Program-made: the position numbers and the translations under genes
Shown here: positions 25,812 to 39,234 of the stretch, piece after piece
How positions within the stretch are numbered: the first letter of the stretch is position 1
How the letters are laid out: each line of letters begins with the position of its first letter
Assembly: GCF_030144855.1 (NCBI RefSeq)
Contig: NC_082722.1
Location: forward strand, 47,926,001 to 47,990,000
Reading direction: 5' to 3'
From: Hypanus sabinus
Lineage: Eukaryota
DNA length: 64,000 nucleotides
Notes under the pieces: model-generated
Databases searched by the model: none
What the model was told of the DNA's origin: nothing
The model's input: only the letters and a program-made list of their open reading frames with translations

Positions 25812-26578
25812 AACTCTGTTCCATCTCTGCTATGGGAAAAATCCCTCTTCCTTGGGATGGGTCATTTGCCATTTTTGTTCATTAATCAATTAATTGATGT
25901 TGGTCAATTTCTTGCTGTCACTCATCACTCTGGAATTTAGGCATCCCTGCAGTTCAATGCCATTGTCAAAGCAAATGGATTTGACACCTAAGTTTCCAGG
26001 ACTACATTTTCTAAAATTTTCTTCTTATACTTATTTCTCTGAAACCAATCCCTGACCAAGCATGTTTATTTAATGTTGTCTTATTACAGTCATTAACTAA
26101 TGAGTACTATTTAATATGTAATACATAAATTACAGTTGCTTCTGAGAAATATGTAGCAGTAAATGGTGTAGAGCAATTCAAATTTAAGACCAACAAGAAA
26201 CAGAAACAGACATTAAGACTTATCAGGGTAAATATAACTCCTTTTCAGTCAGATGGGAGAATTTATCAGAAGAAATAACGAACTGACAGGAATTAATTAC
26301 TTTATTGTAGGTATTTTGTAGAAAACATAGGAAAATCACTCAACATAATTGAAGATTTCAAAATAAATTCATTATTGAACTGCATATATGTCACCAGATA
26401 CTCCATATATTAATTTTCTTGCAGGCATTCACAGTACATACAAAAAACAATAGCAAAACCTCACACAGCAGAGACAAACAACCAATATGTAAAAGACAAC
26501 AAATGTGTAAATGCAAAAAGAAAATGATAAATATAGATAAATAAACAAACAAGTAAGTGATAAATATCAAGAACACAA
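25812..26578 (+). repeat. Local segmental duplication, copy 2 (CpG-depleted)
   Basis: Collinear with 18530-19185, including the same Rex-type LINE tail junction. Confidence 0.85.
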
Positions 26579-27225
26579 GGGATAATTGAAGTTATCCCCT
26601 CCAGTTCAAGGTAATAACTGATCCTGAACCTGCTGGTGTGATACTTGAGGCTCCTGTATCTTCTTCCTGACAGCAGCACTGAGAAGAGAGCATGGCCTGG
26701 ATGGTGGGAGTTCTTGATGATGGATACTGCTTTCCTTGTAAGCATCCTTGTTGATGTGCTCAATGGTGGGGCTGGGCTGAATCCACCACTACTGTAGTTT
26801 TTCCCCATTAAGGAGCATAGGTGTTTCCATACCAGGCCGTGATGCAACCAGTCAGTAAACTCTCCGTCACACATGTATAAAAGTTTGTCAAAGTTTTAGA
26901 TGACATGCCCACTCTGTGCCAACTTCTAACAATGTAGAAGCATTGCGATGCCTTCTTTGTAATGGCGATTACAAGCTGGATCCAGGACAGATCCTCAGAA
27001 ATGTTAACATCGAAGAATTTAAAGATGTTGACCCTCCAGTTTTGATCCTCTGATGAGGACTGACTCATGGACCTCTGGTTTCCTCCGCCTGTAGTCAATA
27101 ATCAGTTCCTTGGTTTTGCCAAGAGTGAGTGAGAATTTGTTGTTGTGGCATCATTCAGCCAGATACTAAATATCCCTCCCACATACTAATTCATCGCCAT
27201 TTGATTTGGCCCACAACAGTAAATG
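26360..27225 (-). mobile_element. Rex1/Babar-like LINE 3' fragment
   Basis: FKFFDVNISEDLSW...LTNFYTCVTESLLTGCITAWYGN; HPGHALFSVLLSGRRYRSL. Confidence 0.8.
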
Positions 27226-27469
27226 GCATTGGAACTGGAGTAAACTCCAGTGGGAAAAAGGAAATAAATGTCTGTATTGAAATTAATGAGTCTGAAAAAT
27301 CAGTAAATTTCAAGGACCTGATGATCTACAGTACATCAGAATTTTGAAATAGGGAACTCTCTAGATTGTTATGGCGGATGTTGTGGTTACCACCTTCCAA
27401 AATTCTAGATATTCTCAAATGGTTCCTCCAGTTTGGAAAGCAACAAATATGATCATACTACTTAAAGGA

Positions 27470-28280
27470 GAGAGCTGGAGAACAAGTTTGGGCAGAGTAG
27501 CACACGGGAGATGAGGAGAGGCATGACGAACATCACTGGCTTCAATCAGCGTGGCTGTAGAGCCTTGGAATGCAGCCATAAATCAGCTAATGAGTTAAAC
27601 CAATTCTTCAGTAAATTTGACAATTTCTCTCCTGTTCACAACCCTCCTCATCATACCAGTCCAGGTGCTGAGGCACCTAATGCTCCCTCAGCACCAACAC
27701 ATCCCCTCCTCCTTCCTCCAGTTCAATATGTGGTTGAACAACACAGGCTACCACTGTTTACATCCTCTCCTTCCTGTGTATCTACCATCCACACACCAAA
27801 TCCTATTGTCCTGACCTTCACCTCCTCCAGCCCCCACCTTCCACCAACTACCTTGTCATCATGGACTTGCTTCACTGCTGAGCAGGTGAGAAGGGCTCTG
27901 GGGCAAATCAGACATGGCAAAGCCTCAAGACCGGATGGTGTGAACCCAAGGGTAGGAAGGAATGTGCTGAGCAGCTGTGTGGAGCATCTTCAATCTGAGC
28001 CTCAACTGTGTGGAAAACATCATGTGTGGTGCCAGCACCCAATAAGGGTAGATCAAAAGTCTTCCATGATTACCGACCCCTTTCACACATCATGAAGACT
28101 CCTGGATCACCTCCGACCCCTGGTCAGATGAGGCCCCAATCCCCCCCAGCACACTGGAGTCAACGATGCTGTCATCTACCTGCTGAACAGAGCCTACTCC
28201 CATTTTGATAATCAGTCCAACACTGAGGATCATGTCTTTGATTCCTCAAGCGCCTTCAGTACCATACAGCTCTCATTACC
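27470..28280 (+). mobile_element. Rex1/Babar-like LINE internal fragment
   Basis: ANELNQFFSKFD, VRRALGQIRHGKASRPDGV, WKTSCVVP.P, DYRP. Confidence 0.75.
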
Positions 28281-29639
28281 GGTTTTTGAATTAAGAAATT
28301 TTTCCTCATCTCATTTGTAAATGGCATATCCATCATTCCGAAAATATCCCCCTTTATCTAGAGCTCTCAATAAATGGAAACACCTTCCTTGTATCCAACC
28401 TGTCTGTTCCTTACAGAATTTAAGTTTCAATGAGATCTCCTAATTACTTGCTATACCTTCTGTGAATCATGCACCAAGCTCTCTCACCTTTTTGCAAAGT
28501 GGAGCTCTGCAAATATTTTTCCTGCCAAAATAGACATCTTTACAATTTCCTGCATGATATTCCATTTTCTAGATCTTTCCGTTCTCTAGATCAGCTGCCT
28601 TTTCTATATTCCTCTGTAGCTTTCCTATATCCCTGGCAGCACATCACTTGTTACTTTGTGCCAACCAGAAAAATACCCACTTACACTGAAAATCCTGTTA
28701 GCCAGCTGATCTATCTACATTAATATGTAGACTCCTATGCCAGGAGCTTTTATTTTCCAAATTGGCCTTTGATGCAGAGCCTTATTAAATGCCTTCTGAA
28801 ACTCTCAGTTTAGTGCAATTGCTGATTTACTGGGCTATAATACAAGTCTCTAGCTCTTCAAACAACTCCAATAATTGATCAATTATGCTTTCCTTTCAAA
28901 AATCCATGTTCTCTGATTACCTTGAAGTTTTCTAAATATCTTTCTATAACAGGATCTACTTATTTCCCCCTAACAGAGATGACAATGTCAGTCTATGAGA
29001 TATGAAAGGGAATGGAAAGGAGATTTGCATGTTGAACAGCAAGGTCAGTGTGGGAATGCACTGTTCTGTTGTTCTTCTGAATGCAGCAGCAACAAATGTC
29101 TCAACAAGCCTTTTGAAAACAAGAGACAAAGAGGGGAATTTCAGGTAATTTTAAGGGGGACATGGACCTGAAGCACAACAGCAGTGGAGGAAAATAGAGA
29201 AGGACTGAAAGTTTGGAGCAAGGTTTTGGGTGGGTAGGGAGAAACAAAAATATGCACAGCAGGAGAGAGGCACCAAGAGCTGGTGACAATATAGAAATCA
29301 TCAGTTTGACAAACACATCAATTAACACAGTCCACAACTACATAACTTAAATCATTCAGGTGTGGAATCATAGCCTTGTAAAAAGCTAATAATAAGTGAG
29401 ATATGGAGTAGACATAAGAAGGGATAATCCAGGAATAAACATCAGAGGTAGAGTAGCTTCATCTTTGAAGATTAATAAATTGATATCCAGCTATTGAAAT
29501 AGGTGCAGAAGCAAACTGAATGTGGAATCTATTTGGAAGGTAGAGGTGGGAAAGGGTATTGATGGTGGCATTTCCACAGAAAATAGCAAGGAGGTTTCCA
29601 GAAGTGTCTGCTGCATAGAAAAGTTGTGCCGAATTTGGA

Positions 29640-30350
29640 AATCTTCAATCTTTCCCTGCTGCAGTTGAAGGTTTTCACCTTCTTCAGAAGAGCAACAATC
29701 ATACCTGTACACCAGAAGAGCAGGGTGAGCTGCCTCAATGACTATTGTCCAGTAGCACTCATCTACTGTGTGTAGTCATGGCCAGAATCAACTCTTGCCT
29801 AAGCAAGGACTTGGAACCACTGCAATTTGCCCATTGCCATGATAGGTCTACAGTGGATGCGATCTCACTGGCTCTCCACTCAGCCTCAGATTGCCTGCAC
29901 AATAGTAATGCTTAGAGCAAGCTGCTGTGTATTGGTTACAGCTCAGCGTTCAACACAATCATACCCTCTGTTCAAATCAACAAGCTCCAAAACCTGGGCC
30001 TCTGTTCTTCCCTCTGCAACAGGATCCTTGACCTCCTCATTTGGGAGACCACAGTCTATGTGGATTTGAAATAACATCTCTTCCTTGCTGTAACTCAACA
30101 CTGGTGCACTATAGGGATGCGTGCTTAGCCCACTGCTCTATTCTCTCCATACCCGTGACTATGTGACTAGGCACAGCTCAAGTGCCATCTATAAATTTGC
30201 CAATGACACAACTATTGTGTCAACTATTGCAGAATTTCAGATGATGACAAGGAGGCATACAGGAGCACAACAACCTTGCATTCAATGTCAGTAAGAGTCA
30301 GGATTTGATTGCGGACTTCAGGAAGAGGAAATCGAGGGAACACATACCAG
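29640..30350 (+). mobile_element. Rex1/Babar-like LINE, 5' part (split by Gypsy; continues 38403-39040)
   Basis: [28 protein letters not shown] and KFANDTT motifs; resumes as VESVSSFKFLGV after 38403. Confidence 0.85.
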
Positions 30351-33300
30351 TGTTGCAATGAGTGACAGGAGTGAACCCATGTGCAGGACACAGGTACGGA
30401 GATTGAGATTGGATGTTTACATGGGCGTAAATGCCAAACAGCAAGCAGGAGGGACCCTGATACGGAGCCTTGACTCAGAGAAATGGAGTTTCATCAGTAA
30501 GCCTTGAAACTGGAAGTAAACTTAGAACAAACAGTTCTAAGCAGTCAGGAACCATAGTTTACTCACAGGAAAAAAGAACAATGAACTGGCGACTATTGGT
30601 TGTGACTTAGAGGTTCTTATACCGAGTCTTTGATGGAAACCAGATGTACCATCATAACAGAGAATTGGAAGCAATTTGGGAAATTAACAATCAGGACCAT
30701 GGCATAATCAAAGAAAATTAGGAGTAAGATAGGGAATTAACGATGGGGACTATGATAGTACCCCCCCTCAACAGGAGCCTCCGGGTGACCCACTAGTCTT
30801 GTCCGGATGGCCCCGATGGAAATCATGGATGAGGGAAGGGTCCAAGACGAAGGAGCGGGGAATCCAGGAACGTTTCTCTGGGCCGTATCTCTCCCAATTG
30901 ACCAGGTATTGGTGGCACTTGCCTCAGCAGCGCATTTCCAGTAATTGCCAGGTGGTGTACACACAAACAGAACAGGCAGAGACAAAGGAACAGGTGTCAG
31001 CATCCATGGAGGGCCACCAGAAATGTCTCTGCAGGAGGGACAGTGTCCGATCGATCCCGGGATGGCAGGCAAAATGAGACGTGTGCCCCCTCTGGAGAAC
31101 CTGAGATCGAACAGAGTCGGGCACAAAGAGGCGATTGGAGGGTCTGTTGCCTGGGTCAGGTTGAGTCTGTTGGGCCTCTTTATCTATGGCCTTGATCTCC
31201 CAGGTGAATATGCAGCCACCACACAGGATGGCAGAAGGATAGTCTCGGGGTTGGGAAGGTCCTCCTCTGAAATGCATTGACGGGAGAGGGCATCAGGCTT
31301 CCCGTTCTTGGACCCCGGATGATAGGTGAGTAAATCTGCACTGACCAAAAAATAATGCCCAACGGGCCTGGCGGGAATTCAGGCATTTGGCTGTTTGGAT
31401 ACAAGTGAGGTTCCTGTGATCAGTCCAGACGATAAACGGATGTTCTGCTCCCTCCAGCCAGTGTCTCCACTCTTCCAAAGCAAGTTTGACCACCAGTAAC
31501 TCCTGGTTCCCTATGTCATAATTTTGTTTGGCGGGGGATAGCCAGTGAGAAAAGAAGGCACATGGATGAAGTTTTTGGTCAGGGCCTGAGTGTTGGGAGA
31601 GGACTGCTCCTACCCCAGAGTCGGAGGCGTCAACCTCCACAGTGAATTGACGAGAGGGGACTGGTTGGACCAGGATGGGAGCAGAGGGGAAACGCCTCTT
31701 CAGCTCCGAGAAGGCAGCGTCTGCTTTGGGGTCCCAGTGAAAAGGGTTCATAGGAGAGGCAAGTCGAGTAAGGGGCGCTGCCACCCGACTGTAATTCCTG
31801 ATGAAGCGACAATAGAAGTTTGCGAAACCCAGAAGTCACTGGAGATGCTTGAGTGTCTTGGGTGTAGGCCACTCCACCACTGCCCGGATCTTTTCAGGAT
31901 CTGCCCTCACTTGCCTGCTCTAGATGATGTATCCTAAGAAACTGACTGAAGGAATGTGAAACTTGTACTTCTCAGCTTTTACAAATAGTTTGTTCTCCCA
32001 AAGCCTCTGCAGGACCTGACGGACATGGCGAGTGTGTTCCTGAAGATTGCTGGAGGTGGTTAAGATGTTACCTAAATAAACAAACATGAAGCAATTAATT
32101 AAATCTCTAAGGACATCATTTATCAGGGCTTGGAAGATGGTGGGGACATTGGTGAAGCCGAATGGCATGACCAGGTATTCAAAGTGAACAAGAGGAGTGT
32201 TGAACGCGGTTTTCCACTCATCTTCCTCCCTTTTCCTGAACAGATGATAGGCATTTAGTAGGTCCAACTTGGAGAAAATGGTGGCTCCATGAAGTGGTTC
32301 GAAAGCAGAGTTGAGAAGGGGCAGTGGATATTTGTTCTTTATGGTTATGCTATTTAGGCCTCAGTAGTCAATACAGGGATGCAGAGATTCATCTTTCTTC
32401 CCCACAGAAAGAAACCTGCGCCAACAGGGGTGGATGAGGGTTGGATAATGTCCGCTGTGAGAGATTCATTTAAGGTTGCCTCCATTGCCTCCCTTTCTGG
32501 CCGGGACAAGTTATACAGCTGACTGGTGGGTAGAGGGGTTCCAGGTAGAGGGTCAATAGCACAATCATAAGGGTGATGTGGAGGCAGGGAAAGAGCCCAT
32601 TGTTTGCTGAATACCTCTCCCAGATCATGGTCCTCTGCTGGAACCTTGGATAAGTTGGGGGTCTCAGCGGCAGATGAGGTCGCGGTGACTTTCACAGGGG
32701 AAAGGGCCTATTGAAGACAAGTGGAGTAACAGAACAGACTCCAGCTGGCTATCTTCCCAGTGGACCAATCAATGTGAGGATTATGGCGGACCAACCAGGG
32801 ATACCCCAAGAACTGTAGGAGCTTGAGGGGAGGAAATTAAGTTAAATTGTACCTGCTCCCAATGGTTCCCAGAGAGAATTAAAGACAGGGGTGGTGTGCA
32901 GCTTGTGACCTGAGCTAGAAGTCTGCCATCCAGTGCCTGGGCCTCCAGAGCTGTACTCAATGGCTCCCAAGGAATTCTGGCCCAGGAAGCTATGTCCTCA
33001 TCCAGAAGATTGCCCTCAGCACTGGAGTCCACTACAGCTGACAGAGGCAGGGATTGTTTGTTGTAATATAAAGTTGCCAGGATCTGCATCCAGGTTCTGA
33101 AAACGGATGGGAACGTTGTCCTGGTTCACCAGGGTCCCCCTTCCTTCTTTGGCCGAAGGGGACAGCTAACTCGGAAGTGGCCAGACTGGCTGCAATACAG
33201 ACACTCAGCCCCCCTCAATCTCCGGAGTCGCTCAGCGGGAGAGAGGCGGTTCCGTCCCAGCTGCATGAGTTCCTCTCCCGGGGCGGTGGAAATGGCCGGG

Positions 33301-34441
33301 CTGGGAGCTACACTTGGAGCAGGAGGAGGAGAGGGACTTGTTCTTGCGAGCGGAGGTAACAAGTGCTGTGGAGTGGCCAATGGTGGTGGATGACCAGATC
33401 TTTCCCAATGGCATTCTCGAAGTTGGTTGTCCAGCCTGGCGGCTAGGGAGATCAATGAATCTGGGCTGTTGGTGTCATCCCTTGCCACCAACTCGTTCTT
33501 CACCATGTCACTGAGGCCATTCTGGAAAACCCCTTGGAGAACCTCGTCATTCCACCGAGTCGGCCACTAACATCCGAAACTCCACGGAATACTCGGTGAC
33601 AATGCAGGAGCCCTGATGGAGGGCGAGTAGACACTTAGCGGCCAAGGATCTTTCTCATCTCTGTGATAAAGGTGGGGAATGAAGAGCAGATATCCGGCTG
33701 ATTGTCCCAGACTGCCATAGCCCATGCTGAGGCACTTCCCCGCAACAACCCCATGATGTAAGCTACCTTTGACTTTTCCATGGAGTAAGTGGATGGCTGC
33801 TGATCAAACAATAAGGAGCATTGCAGAAGGAAGGCCCGGCACTTCCCCAAATCCCCAGCGTAGTGTTCAGGTTCCGGTATGTGCGGTTCTCTTGGTGGGG
33901 GTGTTGCTGACACGTAGGGGGTTGCCACCATAGACTGTCTGGACTGGCCTGACAAAGTTCCAGGAGAGGGTGGGGTAAGATCACGGTCCACCTGGTCACC
34001 GAACTTCGTTATGTAGGCGGACAGGGAAACAGGGAACGGAGGTTCTCCATGACATCCCGGAGGAGTTGATCGTCCAGACCCACTAGGGAGCCCTGGTTGG
34101 TGAGGACTTGTTGCAGGGTTTTCATGTCCACTGGGTCCATAGTGGACCGTTTGTTCTGTTGCAATGAGAGACTGGAGTGAACCCAAGTGCAGGACACAGG
34201 CATGGAGATTGAGTTTAGATGCTTACATGGGCGTAAATGCTGAACTGTTTGCTTGACACTGAACCCTGATATGGTACCTTGACACAGAGCCTTGACCTAG
34301 AGAAACGGAGTCTCATAGGTAAACTTTGAAACTGGAACTAAACTTAGAACAAATGGTTCTAAGCAGTCAGGAAATGTAGTTTACTCAAAGGAAAAAAGCC
34401 CAACGAACTGGCGACTAGCGGTTGTGACGTAGAGGTTCTTA

Positions 34442-37400
34442 GACCCATAGAACATTACAGCACAGAAACAGGCCCTTCAGCCCTTCTTGGCTGTGCTGAA
34501 CCATTTTTCTGCCTGGTCCCACTGACCTGCACCTGGACCATATCCCTCCATACACCTCTCATCCTGTCCAAGTTTTTCTTAAATGTTAAAAGTAAGCCTG
34601 CATTTACCACTTCATCTGGCAGCTCATTCCACACTCCCATCATTCTCTGTGTGAAGAAGCACACCCCCCCCCCAGTGTTCCCTTTAAACTTTTCCCTCTT
34701 CACCCTTAACCCATATCCTACAGTTTTTTTCTCCCCTGGCCTCAGTGGAAAAAGCCTGCTTGCATTCACTCTATCTATACCCATCATAATTTTATATACC
34801 TTTATCAAATCTCCCCTCATTCTTCTACACTGCAGGGAATAAAGTCCTAACCTATTCAACCTTTCTCTGTAACTCAGTTTCTCAAGTCCCGGCAACATCC
34901 TTGTAAACCTTCTCTGCAATCTTTCAACCTTATTAATATCCTTCCTGAAATTTGGTGACCAGCTCTACACACAATACTCCAAATTCAGCCTCACCAATGC
35001 CTTTTACAACCTCACCATTACATTCCAACTCTTATACTCAATACTTTGATTTATAAAGGCCAATGTACCAAAAGGTCTCTTTACTACCCTGTCTACTTGT
35101 GACACCACTTTTAGGGAATTATGTATCTGTACTCCCAGATCCCTCTGTTCTACTGCACTCCTCAGTGCCCTACCATTTACCTTGTATGTTCTACCTTGGT
35201 TTTTCCTTCCAAAGTGCAATACCTCACACTTGTCCGCATTAAGCTCCACCTGCCATTTTACAGCCCATTTTTCCAGCTGATCCAAATTCCTCAGCAAGCT
35301 TTGAAAACCTTCCTCACTGTCCACTACACCTCCAATCTTCATATCAGCAAATTTGCTGATCCAATTTACCACATTATCATACAGATCACTGATATAGATG
35401 GCAAATAACAATGGGCCCAGCACTGGGCCCGCGGTACACCACTAGTCACAGGCCTCCACTCAGAGAAGCAATCCTCCACTACCACTCTCTGGCTTCTCCC
35501 ATTGAGCCAATGTCTAATCCAATATCTCACCATGTATACCTAGCGACTGAATCTTCCTAACTAATCTCCCATGCGGGACCTTGTCAAAAGCCTTACTGAA
35601 GTCCATATAGACAACATCCACTGCCTTCCCTTCATCCACTTTCCTGGTAACCTCCTCGAAAAACTAATAGATTGGTTAAACATGACCTACCACGCACAAA
35701 GCCATGTTGACTCTACCTGTCTATCCAAATACTTGGAGGTCCTATCTCTTAGTACTCCTTCTGATAATTTAGCTACTACTGATGTCAAATTTACTGGCCT
35801 ATAATTTCCAGGATTACTCTTCAAGCCTTTTTTAAACAACGGAACTACATGAGCTATCCTCCAATCCTCTGGCACCTCACCCATAGATACCAACATTTTA
35901 AATACATCTGCCAGGGCCCCTGCAATTTCAACACTAGTCTCCTTCAAGGTCCGAGGGAATACCCTGTCGTGTCCTGGGGATTTATCTACTCTGGTTTGCC
36001 TCAAGACATCAAGCACCTCCTCCTCTTCAATCTGTATAAGTTCCATGACCTCACTACCTGTTTGTCTTATTTCCATAGATTCCATGCCAGTGTCCTTAGT
36101 AAATACAGATGCAAAAACCCATTTAAGATCTCCCCCATTTCTTTTGGTTCCATACATAGCTGACAACTCGCATCTTCAAGAGGACCAATGTTATCCCTTA
36201 TTATCCTTTTGCTCTTAACATACCTGTAGAAGCTCTTAGGATTATCCTTCACCTTGACTGCCAAAGCAACCTCATGTCTTCTTTTAGCCCTCCTGATTTC
36301 TTTCTTAAGTAATTTTTTGCACTGTTTATACTCCTCAAGCACCTTATTTGCTCCCTGTCGCCTATACATGTTATACATCTCTCTCTCCTTCTTTATCAGA
36401 GTTCCAATATCCCTCGAGAACCAAGGTTCCTTATTCTTATTCACTTTGCCTTTAATCCTGACAGGAACATACAAACTGCACTCTCAAAATTTCTCCTTTG
36501 AAGGCCACCCACTTACCAATCACAAAGCCAGAGAACAACCTGTCCCAATCTACACTTTTTAGATCCTTTCTCTTTTCTTCAAATTTGGCCTTTTTCCAGT
36601 TTAGAACTTCAACCCGAGGACCAGATCTATCTTTATCCATGATCAAGTTGAAACTAACGGTATTATGATCACTGAAACCAAAGTGTTTTCCTACACACAC
36701 TTACGTCACTTGCCCAAACTCATTTCCTAATAGGAGATCTAATATTGCATCCTCTCTAGTTGGTACCTCTATATATTGATTTAGAAAACTTTACTGAACA
36801 CATTTTACAAACTTTAACCCATCTGGACTTTCAGCAGTATGGGAATCCCAATCAATACGTGGAAAATTAAAATCCCCTACAATCACAACTTTATGTTTCC
36901 TGCAGTTGTCTGCTATCTCCGCAGATTTGCTCCTCCAATTCTTGCTGACTATTGGGTGGTCTATAATACAACCCCATTAATGTAGTCATACCTTTCCTGT
37001 TTCTCAGCTCCACCCATATGGCTTCGGTAGACAAGCCCTCTAATCTGTCCTGCCTGAGCACTGCCGTAACATTTTCCCTGACTAGCAATGCCACCCCCCG
37101 CCCTTCATCCCTCTGTTTCTATCACGTCTGAAACATCTATACCCTGGAACATTAAGCTGCCAGTCCTGCCCCTCCTGTAGCCAAATTTCACTAATATCTT
37201 TAATGTCATAATTTCATGTGTCAATCCACGCCCTCAGCTCATCAGCCTTCCCCACAATACTCCTCGCATTGAAATAGACACACTTCAGAAGATTATTACC
37301 ACCACACACAAACCTTCTATTTGTGACTTTGCATGAATTACTAACATCATTTATTTTCACCCCTGCTCCACTATCTGCTCTGTCACTCTGGCTCCCATCC

Positions 37401-38185
37401 CCCTGCAAATCTAGTTTAAAACCTCCCGAGTAGCACTAACAAACCTCCCTGCAAGGATATTGGTCCTTTTGTAGTTTAGGTGTAACCCATATCTCATGTA
37501 CAAGGCCCACCTGCCCCAGATTCAGATTCAGATTATTGCCATTTAGAAACCACAAATGCAGTGGTTAAAAAATGAGACAACGTTCCTCCAGAATGATATC
37601 ACAAAAGCATATGACAAAACAGACTACACCAGAAAATCCACATAATGTTTGGCAATCCCCAATCCAGAGTCCGGAGAGGCTGCTGCATATTAATATCGCG
37701 CTACCGTCTTAGCGCGTTCCCCGGAAAGGAGCTCCAAATCCACCAGACAAACAAGACCAAAAACTAAAGCTACAAGACCTGCACAAAACCACATAGTTAC
37801 AACAGTGCAAACAATAGCGTAATTGATAAAAAAAAACAGACCATGGGCACAGTAAAAATAGTCCAAAAATGTTAAAGGACTATAAGTTCAAAAGAAATCA
37901 CCACATAGTTTCCACAAGTCCCCAGGGTCCCGACAGACTCACAAGCCCATGCCGGTGGCGGAAGGGAATATCGCTGCTATAGACTTCCACGGCGCCGCCC
38001 GACTGCTTTGCAGATGCAACTTTCCCTCGCCTCTGCCTGTTGAGCCAAAGCCATCCCACTCTGCTCCATCTCACTTCGCTGCCTGCTGCATATAGTGGTC
38101 GCTTTTTTAAACCTCTGGCGCTCTACATCACACGCCTGCGCAGTCTAGCCTCTTTTCCCCGAGCAGTGTTAAAAAAAAAATGGCT
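34442..38185 (-). mobile_element. CR1 LINE inserted in the Gypsy 5' LTR; ORF2 nearly complete but disrupted, 5'UTR present
   Basis: Endonuclease (YFNARSI, GLYYRPPN, SDHN), RT and 3' tail; 'ctta' present at both junctions. Confidence 0.92.
37521..38003 (-). mobile_element. Non-autonomous retroposon with (tctgaa)n-type tail replacing most of CR1 ORF1
   Basis: Abrupt switch from CR1 sequence to 'ttcagattcagatt'; CR1 5'UTR resumes at ~38010. Confidence 0.55.
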
Positions 38186-38402
38186 TTTCTCCAAAATTCC
38201 TTACTCCTTCATTCTTAGCCTCTTGCTTTGATTTAAAAAAGACCGCTGAAAACATACTTATACTGAGTCTTTGATGGAAACCAGGTGTGCCATCATTAAA
38301 GAGAATTGGAAGCAATTTGGGAAATTAACGATCAGGACAATGGCATAATCAAAGAAAATTAGAGGAGGATAGGGAATTAACGATCAGAACCATGACAACC
38401 AG

Positions 38403-39040
38403 TCATCATCGAGTGATCAGCAGTGGAAAGTGTGAGCAGTTTCAAATTCCTGGGTGTCAATATCTCTGAAGATCTATCTTGGGCCCAACATATTGATGCA
38501 ATTGCAGTGCCTTTTTGGAGTTTGAGGAAACTTGGTATGTGACCAAAGACTCTTTCAAACATCTGCAGATGTACTGTGGACAGCATCACTATCAGGTATG
38601 GAAGGGCCACTGCTCAGGATTGGACAAACCTGCAGAGGGTTGCAAACTCTGACAGCTCCATCATGGGCACTAGCCTCTCCAGCATCCAGGACACCTTCAA
38701 AAGATGATGCCTCAGAAAGGCAGCATCTATCACTAAGGGTCCCCAGAACATGCTCTTTTCTCATCACTACCATCAAGGAGGAGGTACAGGAGCCTGACGC
38801 CACACACTCAATGTTTCAGCAACAGCCTCTTACCTTCTGCCATCAGATTTCTGAATGGACAATGAATCTATGTTCACTTTCTCATTATTTTCCCTCCCTT
38901 TTTGTACCAATTATTTAATTTATTTATTTATGTATGCATCTTGTAGTTATTTATAGATTTTTATTATGTATTGTAATGTACTGCTACCACAAAACTTGTG
39001 AATTTGATGACTTCTGCCAATTATTTTGAATCCAATTCAG
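38403..39040 (+). mobile_element. Rex1/Babar-like LINE, 3' part
   Basis: FKFLGVNISEDLSWAQH...; continuous with 30350 across the TSD. Confidence 0.85.
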
Positions 39041-39234
39041 AGATAATGGAGAAATGGGCTAGAGAGCATGAGAGTGAATTTACAGCCAGAAACAACACTC
39101 TAGTAAAATTTGAAAGACCAGTATAAAAATAAAATGCTCAGCAAAAAAGGCAATGGTGGGGGGTGGGGCACAGGCGTAGGCTGGATAGCCTTACCTTAAA
39201 TTTAACAGCTAGTTGGTAGATTAGAAATGCAGAG

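Larger units (their letters stand above)
30351..38397 (-). mobile_element. Sushi-like Ty3/Gypsy chromovirus LTR retrotransposon (decayed)
   Basis: 5-bp TSD accag (30346-30350, 38398-38402). LTRs at 30351-30757 and 34157-34441 + 38257-38397; PPT at ~30759-30770. gag with CLYC..SGHF...C knuckle, protease VDSSA, RT ([12 protein letters not shown]), RNase H (VEVDASD), HHCC finger and chromodomain YLVNW..YGPE.RSW. Confidence 0.95.

Noticed and set aside
31293-34186. PEG10/RTL1-like domesticated gene
   Set aside because: Flanked by LTRs and a TSD and broken by many frameshifts and stops; an ordinary decayed retrotransposon.
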